Positions 29,258 to 39,152 of a stretch of 64,000 bases of DNA are shown here, in pieces. The first letter of the stretch is position 1. Each line of letters starts with the position of its first letter. A program made the translations under genes and the position numbers. The stretch covers positions 15,417-79,416 of the forward strand of contig CAZAAD010000003.1 of the NCBI GenBank assembly GCA_964483295.1, written 5' to 3'. The DNA comes from an uncultured Gammaproteobacteria bacterium (GTDB lineage Bacteria; Patescibacteriota; Patescibacteriia; Patescibacteriales; UBA12465). Below the pieces are notes generated by a model that did no database searches, was not told the origin of the DNA, and was given only the letters and a program-made list of their open reading frames with translations.

Positions 29258-29872
29258 GTTAGAAACTTGCGAAATGACGAAAGCAAAACCATTACTACGA
29301 CGCCACTTGCTATCAGGATAGTCAAAGCGCATGCTCAACCATGAACCATTGTCACTGCGATCAGCGCCCAAGAGCAAAGGGTCGCCGCGAGAATCTTTAA
29401 TTGGTTCGTGCATAACAACAATCCAATATAAGCCCATAGCTTCAAGCTCTTTGTCAGAAAATTTTTCCCTAATAAGGCAAGCTACTTCGGCATTCGGTGT
29501 TGTTAGCTCACGGTTCTTAGCGTCCTTGCGGATATTTTTAGTGATACGTTCGTTGTCACTGAAAATTTCGCCTTTTAAGACGGCAATTTCATAAGTGATG
29601 CCAGTTGTTGGTTTAAAACTTTTGGAGCGAAGTACGCTCTTAGCATAATCTCCGACACGAAAACTCTTGCTTTCCAAACGGGCAATCCATTGTTCACCAA
29701 TTATACCATCTGAAGTGGCGGGGAAACAAATAACGTTGTCTTTTTCGGTCCAACTTTTAATTGGTCCTGAAACAATAAGTTCGCCGCGTAAAAATTTACT
29801 TACTCCATCCATTCCGCCTAGTTTGTTAACTACTGCCTCAATTTGTCCAAGATTTAATTCTCCATATTTCAT
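29252..29872 (-). CDS. Hypothetical protein (orphan, monocistronic)
   Basis: 206-aa ORF with no TM helix, no motif I recognise and no SD. It is flanked by 140- and 152-nt intergenic regions containing hairpins. Confidence 0.55.
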   Translation of the reverse strand: MKYGELNLGQIEAVVNKLGGMDGVSKFLRGELIVSGPIKSWTEKDNVICFPATSDGIIGEQWIARLESKSFRVGDYAKSVLRSKSFKPTTGITYEIAVLKGEIFSDNERITKNIRKDAKNRELTTPNAEVACLIREKFSDKELEAMGLYWIVVMHEPIKDSRGDPLLLGADRSDNGSWLSMRFDYPDSKWRRSNGFAFVISQVSNS

Positions 29873-29984
29873 GATAAAAATATTTTACAGACTGTTTGCC
29901 TATGTTGCCTGCTGTCCGCAGTAGGAACTATAACCATCTTTTGGCTGTGACCAATTTCGCAAATTAGTTTTTAAAGTCCTAAAC

Positions 29985-30008
29985 ATCCGCCTTTCCGGCG
30001 GATTTTTT
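29985..30008. terminator. Hairpin downstream of atpC
   Basis: ATCCGCC (29985-29991) pairs with GGCGGAT (29997-30003). T6 follows on the plus strand; only GTTT follows on the minus strand. Confidence 0.6.
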
Positions 30009-30024
30009 ATTTTCAATTTTATAA

Positions 30025-30474
30025 CTATTTACCAGGATTGATATTCTTAAGCTTTCTCCAGCGATGCAAGGCTCTTTCGCGCGCTAATTCGGTTTCCAAT
30101 TTAGCAGCCACGGCTGATAAATCGTAGTGATCATCACTAGCCGCTTTTTCTTTCGCTTCCTCAGCGGTTTTACGAGCCGTAATGATACGTGACTCATCTA
30201 ACTCAGCTGCTCTTTCCGCTTTATCAGCCAAAATAATAATCTTGTCTTTTAAGACTTCAATAAAGCCGCCAGAAATAGACATGATTTCCATATCACCATT
30301 AGCTGATTTTACCTCAATTACCCCTGGCTTCAAAACAGAAACCAAAGGAATGTGGTCTGGCAAAACGGTAATTTCCCCAGCCTGAGTTGGTGCTGTTACC
30401 TGCAAGATATCTTGCTTTAAGACAACCCGATCTAAGGTAACAATTTCAAATTTTATGGTCTTTTTCTCTGCCAT
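30025..30474 (-). CDS. atpC: F1 ATP synthase epsilon subunit
   Basis: Position after atpD, and ILQVTAPTQAGEITVLPDHIPLVSVLKPGV. Confidence 0.9.
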   Translation of the reverse strand: MAEKKTIKFEIVTLDRVVLKQDILQVTAPTQAGEITVLPDHIPLVSVLKPGVIEVKSANGDMEIMSISGGFIEVLKDKIIILADKAERAAELDESRIITARKTAEEAKEKAASDDHYDLSAVAAKLETELARERALHRWRKLKNINPGK

Positions 30475-30490
30475 AATGACAAACTAGTTA

Positions 30491-31888
<1,398 letters not shown>

Positions 31889-31891
31889 TTA

Positions 31892-32842
31892 TTAATCAAG
31901 AAGTGCGTTAGCGCCAGCGCTGATTTCCGCAATTTCTGCGGTAATACCAGCTTGTCTAGCTTTGTTATAGAATAATGTTAATTCCTTAACCATATCATTA
32001 GCGGCCTCGGTGGCTTGATGCATGGCGCTCATGCGAGCACTATGCTCCGAAGCATTGGCCTCGAGCATGGCTTGATAAACCTGAACTTCGAGTAAGCGCG
32101 GAATCATTTTATCTAAAACCTCTTCCGGACTTGGTTCAAATAAATATTCATAACCCACCTCTTTAACAATATGCTTTTTAGTTTTTTCCTCTATCAACTG
32201 TTTATTAACACTAATTTTTGGATCGGCTACAATACCTAAATATCGTTCTTCAGAACTGATATCTACTGGCAAAAGCTGTTTAATGCGCGGTACTTGTTTT
32301 GCGGCATTAATAAAATCGGTATAGGCTACAAAAACTTTATCATAACTACCCTCTAAAAAATCTTTAATTGCTAAACTAACAACCGGCACAACTTCCTTAG
32401 GGTCACTGAGTAAATCGCTTTTAGCAAACTCAGCAGCGATGGTGTGATTTTGGTTATATAAAACAGCACCCTTTTTACCTACTAAAATAAAATCAACTGG
32501 CACATCGATATGTTTCTTAATTGAGTCTTTAACTTTATTGATAATAGCCGAGTTGTAGCCGCCACACATGCCGCGATTGGAAGTAATTAAAATAATAGCC
32601 GCCTTCTTAATCGCAAGGCGCTTAGTCAAAAGCGGGTGCAGTGAACGATTTCCTTGATTACTAACTGCCTCGGAAAGATTAAGAATAGTTTCCCAACTCA
32701 AATTAGCGTAGGTTCTCGTGCGTAAAACCGCCTCAATTGCTCTTCTCATTTTAGCCGCCGCGACCATTTCCATTGCTTTGGTAATTTTTTTAATATTACC
32801 GATGGATTTGATGCGCCGGGATATTTCCTTGGTCTGCGCCAT
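31892..32842 (-). CDS. atpG: F1 ATP synthase gamma subunit
   Basis: IKSIGNIKKITKAMEMVAAAKMRRA...ITAEIAEISAGANAL. Confidence 0.95.
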   Translation of the reverse strand: MAQTKEISRRIKSIGNIKKITKAMEMVAAAKMRRAIEAVLRTRTYANLSWETILNLSEAVSNQGNRSLHPLLTKRLAIKKAAIILITSNRGMCGGYNSAIINKVKDSIKKHIDVPVDFILVGKKGAVLYNQNHTIAAEFAKSDLLSDPKEVVPVVSLAIKDFLEGSYDKVFVAYTDFINAAKQVPRIKQLLPVDISSEERYLGIVADPKISVNKQLIEEKTKKHIVKEVGYEYLFEPSPEEVLDKMIPRLLEVQVYQAMLEANASEHSARMSAMHQATEAANDMVKELTLFYNKARQAGITAEIAEISAGANALLD

Positions 32843-32843
32843 A

Positions 32844-34364
32844 TTAGCTCAAATAGTCCAAAGTTTCTTTAAAATTGGCAATAACTTTTCTCATCTGAGA
32901 CTCAACTTCTTCGTCGATGTCTTTCTTCTCATTAATAAGTTTCGCTAATTCACTATTAGTATCAGCGTACTTATATAAACTAGCTTCAAATTCACGAACT
33001 TTTTCAACTGGAACATTATCAACATAACCATTGATAAGCGCGAAATAAATTAAAACCTGCTTATCTACAGACAAGGGTTGATATTGGTCCTGTTTAAATA
33101 CTTCATACAAACGCTTGCCGCGCTCTAATTTACGATTAGTTTCCTCATCAAGGTCAGAACCAAATTGAGCAAAAGCGGCTAATTCACGAAATTGAGCAGC
33201 CTCAAGACGCATCTTGCCGGCTACTTTTTTCATGGCTTTAATCTGAGCGCTGGAACCGACGCGAGAAACTGATAAACCGGCATTAATCGCGGGACGATTA
33301 CCCTTATAGAACATATCCGGCTCCAAGAAAATCTGACCATCAGTAATAGAAATAACATTAGTCGGAATATAAGCAGAGATATCACCGGCTTGAGTTTCAA
33401 TAATCGGCAAAGCAGTAATAGAACCGCCACCAAAATCTTTGTTTAACTTACAAGCTCTTTCTAATAAGCGGGAGTGGAGATAAAAAACATCACCCGGATA
33501 GGCCTCACGTCCTGGTGGACGGCGGAGTAATAAAGAAATTTCACGATAAGAAACGGCGTGCTTAGATAAATCATCATACACAATCAACACATCCTCACCT
33601 TTATCTAAAAAATATTCAGCCATCGCGCAACCAGCATAAGGAGCAATATAAAGCATGGAAGCAGAGCTGGAAGCACCAGCTAAAACAACGGTGGTATATT
33701 CCATAGCACCAGCGTCTTCCAATTTACGTACAATCGTCGCAATTTTAGATTCCTTCTGACCAATGGCAACATAGATACACTTCATGTTTTGACCCTTCTG
33801 ATTGATAATAGCATCAATCGCAATCGCGGTTTTACCAATTTGACGGTCACCAATAATAAGCTCTCTTTGACCACGACCAATCGGCACCATCGCGTCAATC
33901 GCTTTAATACCAGTTTGGACAGGCTGTTTAACTGATTCACGAGTAATAACACCAGGGGCAATCTTTTCTACCGGATAAAAATCTTTAGTCGCCGGCTTGC
34001 CTTTGCCATCCATTGCCTCGCCCAGAGGATTAACCACACGGCCAACCATCGCCTCGCCAACCGGAACACTTAAAATTCTTTTCGTGCAAACCACTTCATC
34101 ACCCTCTTTAATAACGGAGTGTTCTCCTAAAATAATAGCGCCAACTAGATTTTCTTCTAGATTAAGAGCAACACCGGAAATCTCGCCCGCACTAGATTTA
34201 AAAGTTAAAATTTCACTCATCATCGCCTCTTTTAAGCCAGAGATAAGCGCAATACCATCAGAAATTTTGAGAACGCGGCCAACGCTGCTTTCTTCAATTT
34301 CTGCTTTGAATCCAGAAATCTGGCTCTTGAGCTGTTCGACGATGAAATCTTTTGTATTCGACAT
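32844..34364 (-). CDS. atpA: F1 ATP synthase alpha subunit
   Basis: [54 protein letters not shown]. Confidence 0.98.
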   Translation of the reverse strand: MSNTKDFIVEQLKSQISGFKAEIEESSVGRVLKISDGIALISGLKEAMMSEILTFKSSAGEISGVALNLEENLVGAIILGEHSVIKEGDEVVCTKRILSVPVGEAMVGRVVNPLGEAMDGKGKPATKDFYPVEKIAPGVITRESVKQPVQTGIKAIDAMVPIGRGQRELIIGDRQIGKTAIAIDAIINQKGQNMKCIYVAIGQKESKIATIVRKLEDAGAMEYTTVVLAGASSSASMLYIAPYAGCAMAEYFLDKGEDVLIVYDDLSKHAVSYREISLLLRRPPGREAYPGDVFYLHSRLLERACKLNKDFGGGSITALPIIETQAGDISAYIPTNVISITDGQIFLEPDMFYKGNRPAINAGLSVSRVGSSAQIKAMKKVAGKMRLEAAQFRELAAFAQFGSDLDEETNRKLERGKRLYEVFKQDQYQPLSVDKQVLIYFALINGYVDNVPVEKVREFEASLYKYADTNSELAKLINEKKDIDEEVESQMRKVIANFKETLDYLS

Positions 34365-34371
34365 ATTTTTA

Positions 34372-34773
34372 TTAATTACTAAGCTGTCTGCTAAACTGGA
34401 CTAAACTGCTCTTCAAACTACTATCTACAACCTTATCATTATAACGAGCAATAAAGCCGCCAATTATTTCTGGGTCTATCTTTTCCAAGAAAGAAACGTC
34501 ACGCGCACCAGATTTTTTTTCTAAATAAGCCTTGAGCGCGTCTTTGGCCGTCTTGGATAATTTGCGAGCGGTTACTACTTCAATATTTAATTCCCCGCTT
34601 TCTTCTTTAAATAAAGCCTCTAATTCATTAACAACTTGATCAGCTCGAGCTAAATCATTATTCTGATGCAAAAATTTTACAAACTCAAAAATCATGTGTT
34701 CTGCCTCAGCTTTATTCTTGTTAGCCACGAGTTCATACAAACCGCGGGCGTATTGTTTAGGAGTAATCTTCAT
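34372..34773 (-). CDS. atpH: F1 ATP synthase delta (OSCP) subunit, short form
   Basis: Operon position and C-terminal [18 protein letters not shown]. At 133 aa it is shorter than the usual ~180 aa. Confidence 0.8.
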   Translation of the reverse strand: MKITPKQYARGLYELVANKNKAEAEHMIFEFVKFLHQNNDLARADQVVNELEALFKEESGELNIEVVTARKLSKTAKDALKAYLEKKSGARDVSFLEKIDPEIIGGFIARYNDKVVDSSLKSSLVQFSRQLSN

Positions 34774-34779
34774 AAATAA

Positions 34780-35286
34780 TTAGGATAGTTCCTTAACTAC
34801 TCGGTCAATAATTTTTTTATCCTTTTCTTCATCCATCGCTTCGCCTAAAACTTTCTTTAAACTAGTTACAATCAAAGCGGACAATTCAGATTTAACTTGA
34901 CCAACAATCGCTTCTTTTTCTTGTGTGATTTTTTCCTTCTCTTTTTCCATAACAACCCTGATATCCTCTTTAGCCTTATTAACAACCTCCTGATATCTTA
35001 CTTCAGCTCGAGCCTGAGCCTCTTCAACAATCGCATTAGCTTCCTGGCGAGCCTTAGTAATAACTTCCTTACTCTCTTTAATAGATCCTTCAAGTTTAAT
35101 AGTTGCTTCTTCAGAATCTTTTAAGCCTTGCGCAATTTTTTCACGTCTTTCTTCTAAAATCTTAAAAACTGGCTTATAAGCAAAGCGCCAAAGGACAAAA
35201 ACAAGAATGCCGAAATTGAAGAACTGGGCTAATAGTACTCGCCAGTCCAAACCCAGGGCCTGTATTAAACTGTTCATAGATGTCAA
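34780..35286 (-). CDS. atpF: F0 ATP synthase b subunit
   Basis: One N-terminal TM helix followed by a long charged helix; operon position. Confidence 0.85.
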   Translation of the reverse strand: MTSMNSLIQALGLDWRVLLAQFFNFGILVFVLWRFAYKPVFKILEERREKIAQGLKDSEEATIKLEGSIKESKEVITKARQEANAIVEEAQARAEVRYQEVVNKAKEDIRVVMEKEKEKITQEKEAIVGQVKSELSALIVTSLKKVLGEAMDEEKDKKIIDRVVKELS

Positions 35287-35348
35287 AAATGATTAAAAAA
35301 CAAAGAAATCCACCCCTAATTTTCCAAGAGGTGGACAGTCTTTATTCT

Positions 35349-35618
<270 letters not shown>

Positions 35619-35626
35619 TTATCTAT

Positions 35627-36373
35627 TTAAGCATTTGCTTCCGCTTCTTCAACTTCCGAGGCCATAGAAATAAACACTAGGGTTAAAACGGCGAAAACAA
35701 AAGGCTGAACCACGGCAGTCAGTAAACCAAGAAATAAGAATGGTAGTGGTAAGAAAAAAGGAAATAAAAATAACATCACCGCTCCCAAAACTTCACCGGC
35801 AAAAATATTACCAAACAAACGGAAAGACAGTGACATAACTTTCGCCAACTCACCAACCAAATCCATTAAACCAAGAAACAATTTTAACGGGCTCTTAAAA
35901 TTAATGAACTTACCAATATAACCGAGCGGACCAACCGTAGCGATGGCTACTATCTGAATCAAAATAACAGACACCATTGTCATCATGAACACCAAGCTGT
36001 AGTCAGAAATAATCGCTCTAAACAAAGGCACTACGCCACCGGCAGTTTTTAAAGTAACCGCGGCCTGGCCCGGAATAAAAGTTAAAAGATTACAAAAGAA
36101 AACAAAAAAGAACATAGTAAAGATAAGCGGGAAAAGTCTCTTGGCTTTTGTCTTGCTACCGGCGATTGATTCCACAAAATCATAAGCACCATCAATCATC
36201 ATCTCCATGACATTCTGAAATTTACCAGGCACAAGCTTTAGGCTGCGGCGAAAAAAGAATGACCAAACAACTAAAAAAACAAAAACGAGTAACGACCAAA
36301 AAAAGGCATTCGTCACCGGGAAAGTGCCAATGTAAAAAAATATTTCTGGTGCCAGGGAGATGTTTAAACCCAT
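35627..36373 (-). CDS. atpB: F0 ATP synthase a subunit
   Basis: SLSFRLFGNIFAGE contains the essential Arg. Confidence 0.93.
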   Translation of the reverse strand: MGLNISLAPEIFFYIGTFPVTNAFFWSLLVFVFLVVWSFFFRRSLKLVPGKFQNVMEMMIDGAYDFVESIAGSKTKAKRLFPLIFTMFFFVFFCNLLTFIPGQAAVTLKTAGGVVPLFRAIISDYSLVFMMTMVSVILIQIVAIATVGPLGYIGKFINFKSPLKLFLGLMDLVGELAKVMSLSFRLFGNIFAGEVLGAVMLFLFPFFLPLPFLFLGLLTAVVQPFVFAVLTLVFISMASEVEEAEANA

Positions 36374-36374
36374 A

Positions 36375-36689
36375 CTAATCTTTATTTTTATTTATTTCTT
36401 CTGTCTCTACTTTACCTGTCGGGTTATCGGCTTTATTTTTCTGACCGTGCATTTCAATCAGCCGATTAATTTTAGCGACTTTCTTATATAACAGAACGTT
36501 TGTCGTCACAAAAGCAGCAAAAACGCCTAAAATTAAGAGTGTAGGGCTGGTTGAAAAAAAATTATCGGCTAGATAACCCAATCCACCAAAAACGAGCAAA
36601 GGACCAAAAATAGAACCGCTCGCGTAGTAGAAAACGGCTAAAGCCATTCCTCTTACGCCTTTAAAATCAGTAATTTTTTTAAAATCCAT
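36375..36689 (-). CDS. AtpI/AtpZ-like small membrane protein at the head of the atp operon
   Basis: 104 aa, two TM helices, immediately upstream of atpB. Confidence 0.55.
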   Translation of the reverse strand: MDFKKITDFKGVRGMALAVFYYASGSIFGPLLVFGGLGYLADNFFSTSPTLLILGVFAAFVTTNVLLYKKVAKINRLIEMHGQKNKADNPTGKVETEEINKNKD

Positions 36690-36693
36690 ATAT

Positions 36694-36721
36694 ATTTTAG
36701 CTTTATGTTAGAAAAAGTCAA
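36694..36721 (-). promoter_or_regulatory. Putative atp operon promoter
   Basis: On the minus strand: TTGACT (36716-36721), 16-nt spacer, TAAAAT (36694-36699). Only 4 nt separate the -10 from the annotated ATG. Confidence 0.4.
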
Positions 36722-36769
36722 GACTGCCGATTTCCAAAAATTTGGGTCGGCGCTGATATTTTTCTATCT

Positions 36770-37621
36770 TTAAATCTTAAACAGGTTTCGCGCTGTTGCC
36801 GTAGTAATTTCTGCGACCTTCTCAATTTTCATTCCCTTAATTTCGGCGATTCTGGCGGCCACCAACTGAACCAATAGGGGCTCATTACGCTGACCACGGT
36901 AAGGGTCAGGCGTCATATAGGGAGAATCAGTTTCAACCATTATTTTTTCAATCGGGGTTTTTCGGATTAAATCGTCCCAATTTTGGCTAAAAGTAATTAA
37001 ACCAGTAAAAGAAATCAGTAAACCGAGGTTAAAATACTGCCAGGCCAAGTCCTCGTCGCCAGAAAAACAATGAACAACTCCCCAGGGCTGACTAGCAGGC
37101 AATAAATGCCCATATTCCTTCTTAAAATCCTTTAAAATAGTTAAAAGATCATCATGTGCTTGGCGACAATGAATAATAACCGGTAAATCTAAGCTCCTAG
37201 CCAATAACAGTTGTGCCATAAAGGCTTCCTGTTGCTTCTTTTTAACCGCTGGAACATCCGAAGTCGGATCAAGGTGGTAATAATCTAAACCAATTTCACC
37301 AATTGCGACTACTTTTTCAAATTTTGCCATTTTTTCATAACTGCCATAATCGAACTCTTCAGCCTGAGGTTTAAAGCTATAGCTACCATTATCACCGCTA
37401 TCTTCAACCAAGCCCTCCTGTAAATGAATAGGATGCAAACCAACTGCCGCATATACACCCTTTTCGTAACGATTAGCGTAGTTAAGAGCGCGATTTGAAG
37501 TTTTCAGCTCTGAACCGACTAAAATCATCCAAGTATCATTATCAAGCGCACGCCTAATCGTCTCTTCGGCGTCATCGCGAAAAGCGGCAAAATTTACATG
37601 GGCATGAGTATCAATTAACAT
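36770..37621 (-). CDS. tatD: TatD-family metal-dependent hydrolase
   Basis: MLIDTHAHVNF...GEIGLDY...VIIHCRQAHDD...ETDSPYMTP. Confidence 0.9.
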   Translation of the reverse strand: MLIDTHAHVNFAAFRDDAEETIRRALDNDTWMILVGSELKTSNRALNYANRYEKGVYAAVGLHPIHLQEGLVEDSGDNGSYSFKPQAEEFDYGSYEKMAKFEKVVAIGEIGLDYYHLDPTSDVPAVKKKQQEAFMAQLLLARSLDLPVIIHCRQAHDDLLTILKDFKKEYGHLLPASQPWGVVHCFSGDEDLAWQYFNLGLLISFTGLITFSQNWDDLIRKTPIEKIMVETDSPYMTPDPYRGQRNEPLLVQLVAARIAEIKGMKIEKVAEITTATARNLFKI

Positions 37622-37649
37622 AGTTCCTAAAAAAATTAATTGGACATTT

Positions 37650-37676
37650 AAAAAACGCGAATTTCGCGTTTTTTAT
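37650..37676. terminator. Bidirectional intrinsic terminator
   Basis: AACGCGA (37654-37660) pairs with TCGCGTT (37664-37670), flanked by A and T runs. Confidence 0.75.
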
Positions 37677-37692
37677 TTTTTCTATTAAAACA

Positions 37693-37923
37693 TTATTCAG
37701 TTTTTTCCGCAGCATCCTCGGTCTTCACATCTTCAGTTGAGGTCTTTTCAGTTTCAACCATAGTATTGGCCGGCGTGGTAGGCTGAACGCTATCAGCCGC
37801 TTTTTTATCCTGGCAACAATCATCGCCATGATGACAACAATTTTCTTCGTGATGACCGCAGCATTCGCCGTGGTGACTGCAGCACTCCTTAGCTCCAAAA
37901 AGCTTGGAAAACCAGTTTCCCAT
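37693..37923 (-). CDS. Small Cys/His-rich (CC-HH repeat) acidic protein, putative metal binder
   Basis: 76 aa: MGNWFSKLFGAKECCSHHGECCGHHEENCCHHGDDCCQDKK, then an acidic, T/E-rich tail. It has its own promoter-like site and terminator. Confidence 0.6.
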   Translation of the reverse strand: MGNWFSKLFGAKECCSHHGECCGHHEENCCHHGDDCCQDKKAADSVQPTTPANTMVETEKTSTEDVKTEDAAEKTE

Positions 37924-37954
37924 AGTATTTAGTGATTAGTTTATAACTACTGAT

Positions 37955-37982
37955 ATAGTATCACTTTATCCTAAAAAGTCAA
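37955..37982 (-). promoter_or_regulatory. Putative promoter of the CC-HH peptide gene
   Basis: On the minus strand: TTGACT (37977-37982), 16-nt spacer ending in TGa, then TACTAT (37955-37960), i.e. an extended -10. Confidence 0.4.
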
Positions 37983-38003
37983 TTAAAAACGGCTATTTTG
38001 GCC

Positions 38004-39086
38004 CTAAATATCTAACTCTGCCAACAAATCTCTTTTCTTTTTATTTAATCCAGCCGGAATCTTGACATTTACCCGCACAAAATGGTCCCCGTGACCGCCC
38101 CCATGTAACTTAGGGACTCCTCTATCTTTAACTTTAAAAATAGTACCAGACTGTGTACCTTCAGGTATCTTAAGTTTAACCGAACCACTAACAGTCTCTA
38201 TTTCAATTTTATCTCCTAAAATAGCCTGACTAACTGAAACAACTTCTTCCGTTCTAATATCATAACCATCACGAACAAATTTTTTATGAGCTTGAACCCT
38301 AATACGTAAATATAAATCTCCGGCCCCCATTCCTTTTTGACCAGCTTCGCCCTGACCGCTTAAACGGATAGACTCGCCCGTGGCAATGCCCGCTGGAACC
38401 TTAACCTTAAGCTTGGCCTGAACGCGATTAACGCCTGCCCCAGAACAAACTGAACATTTTTGACTATAAGTTTGTCCTTCTCCCTGGCAATAAGGACAAG
38501 GACTTTTTGTCTGGATATTCCCTAAAATTGTCCGTTGCAATTTAGCAATTGTCCCCGTGCCATGACAACGGCCACAAGTCGTTACTTTTGTTCCCGGTTC
38601 CGCACCTACGCCCTGGCAATGACGGCAAGTTTCTTGCCGAGGAAAATTAATTTCTTTCTCTATACCAAAGACTGCTTCTAAAAATTCTAATTTTAATTCC
38701 ATTTCCAAATCACGCCCTCTAGTTTGTCGTTTACTGCCACCACGATTAGCGCCACCAAAACCAAAAATATCACCAAAGCCGCCAAACATTTCGCTTAAGT
38801 CTTCTAAATCAAAATCCATGCCGGCGCCATTTTGAAAACCAGAAAATCCTTGACCACCCCAACCGCCGCCGCCTTGTTGAAAAGCCGCGGAACCAAACTG
38901 ATCATATTTCTGACGCTTTTCTGGATTACCAAGAATCTGATAAGCCTCATTGTACTCTTTAAATTTTTCCGCATCGCCGCCTTTGTCGGGATGGTGCTCG
39001 TGCGCTTTTTTACGAAAAGCTGTCTTGATTTCATCCTGACTAGCTGACTTGGATACTCCTAAAATATCGTAGTAATCTTTAGACAT
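38004..39086 (-). CDS. dnaJ: Chaperone DnaJ
   Basis: J domain (DYYDILGV...HPDK), G/F region, and four CxxCxGxG zinc motifs. Confidence 0.97.
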   Translation of the reverse strand: MSKDYYDILGVSKSASQDEIKTAFRKKAHEHHPDKGGDAEKFKEYNEAYQILGNPEKRQKYDQFGSAAFQQGGGGWGGQGFSGFQNGAGMDFDLEDLSEMFGGFGDIFGFGGANRGGSKRQTRGRDLEMELKLEFLEAVFGIEKEINFPRQETCRHCQGVGAEPGTKVTTCGRCHGTGTIAKLQRTILGNIQTKSPCPYCQGEGQTYSQKCSVCSGAGVNRVQAKLKVKVPAGIATGESIRLSGQGEAGQKGMGAGDLYLRIRVQAHKKFVRDGYDIRTEEVVSVSQAILGDKIEIETVSGSVKLKIPEGTQSGTIFKVKDRGVPKLHGGGHGDHFVRVNVKIPAGLNKKKRDLLAELDI

Positions 39087-39104
39087 AATTTATTTTTTCA
39101 ACAA

Positions 39105-39137
39105 CTTGCCCCTCTTTAAAAAACAAAGAGAGGCAAG
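39105..39137 (-). promoter_or_regulatory. Intercistronic stem-loop between dnaK and dnaJ
   Basis: 13-bp stem with one mismatch: CTTGCCCCTCTTT (39105-39117) pairs with AAAGAGAGGCAAG (39125-39137). No clear U-tract. Confidence 0.5.
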
Positions 39138-39152
39138 CAAGGAAAAAACGAA

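Noticed and set aside
33997-34404. 135-aa plus-strand ORF antisense to atpA, and similar shadow ORFs in the track (397-657, 1205-1411, 3604-3885, 5142-5411, 6199-6420, 7915-8124, 7934-8197, 9532-9741, 13001-13291, 14170-14397, 18068-18316, 22975-23160, 24373-24648, 26914-27144, 27645-27833, 28125-28343, 29331-29594, 29667-29924, 30182-30385, 31536-31787, 32718-32948, 33230-33433, 34897-35124, 35440-35667, 38804-39047, 39116-39307, 40199-40423, 42864-43088, 43653-44610, 46647-46829, 47163-47474, 48665-49080, 50062-50286, 53809-54213, 55014-55328, 55652-55852, 56315-56518, 57435-57620, 60280-60591, 61022-61252, 61475-61729, 62113-62497, 63448-63651)
   Set aside because: Each overlaps a longer ORF that has clear family motifs, on the opposite strand or in another frame. 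None shows a recognisable domain or a convincing RBS.
37693-37923. CC-HH peptide as a RiPP or lanthipeptide precursor
   Set aside because: There are no modifying enzyme, protease or exporter genes nearby (the neighbours are dnaJ and tatD). There is no leader/core organisation, and the long acidic tail fits a metal-binding protein better.
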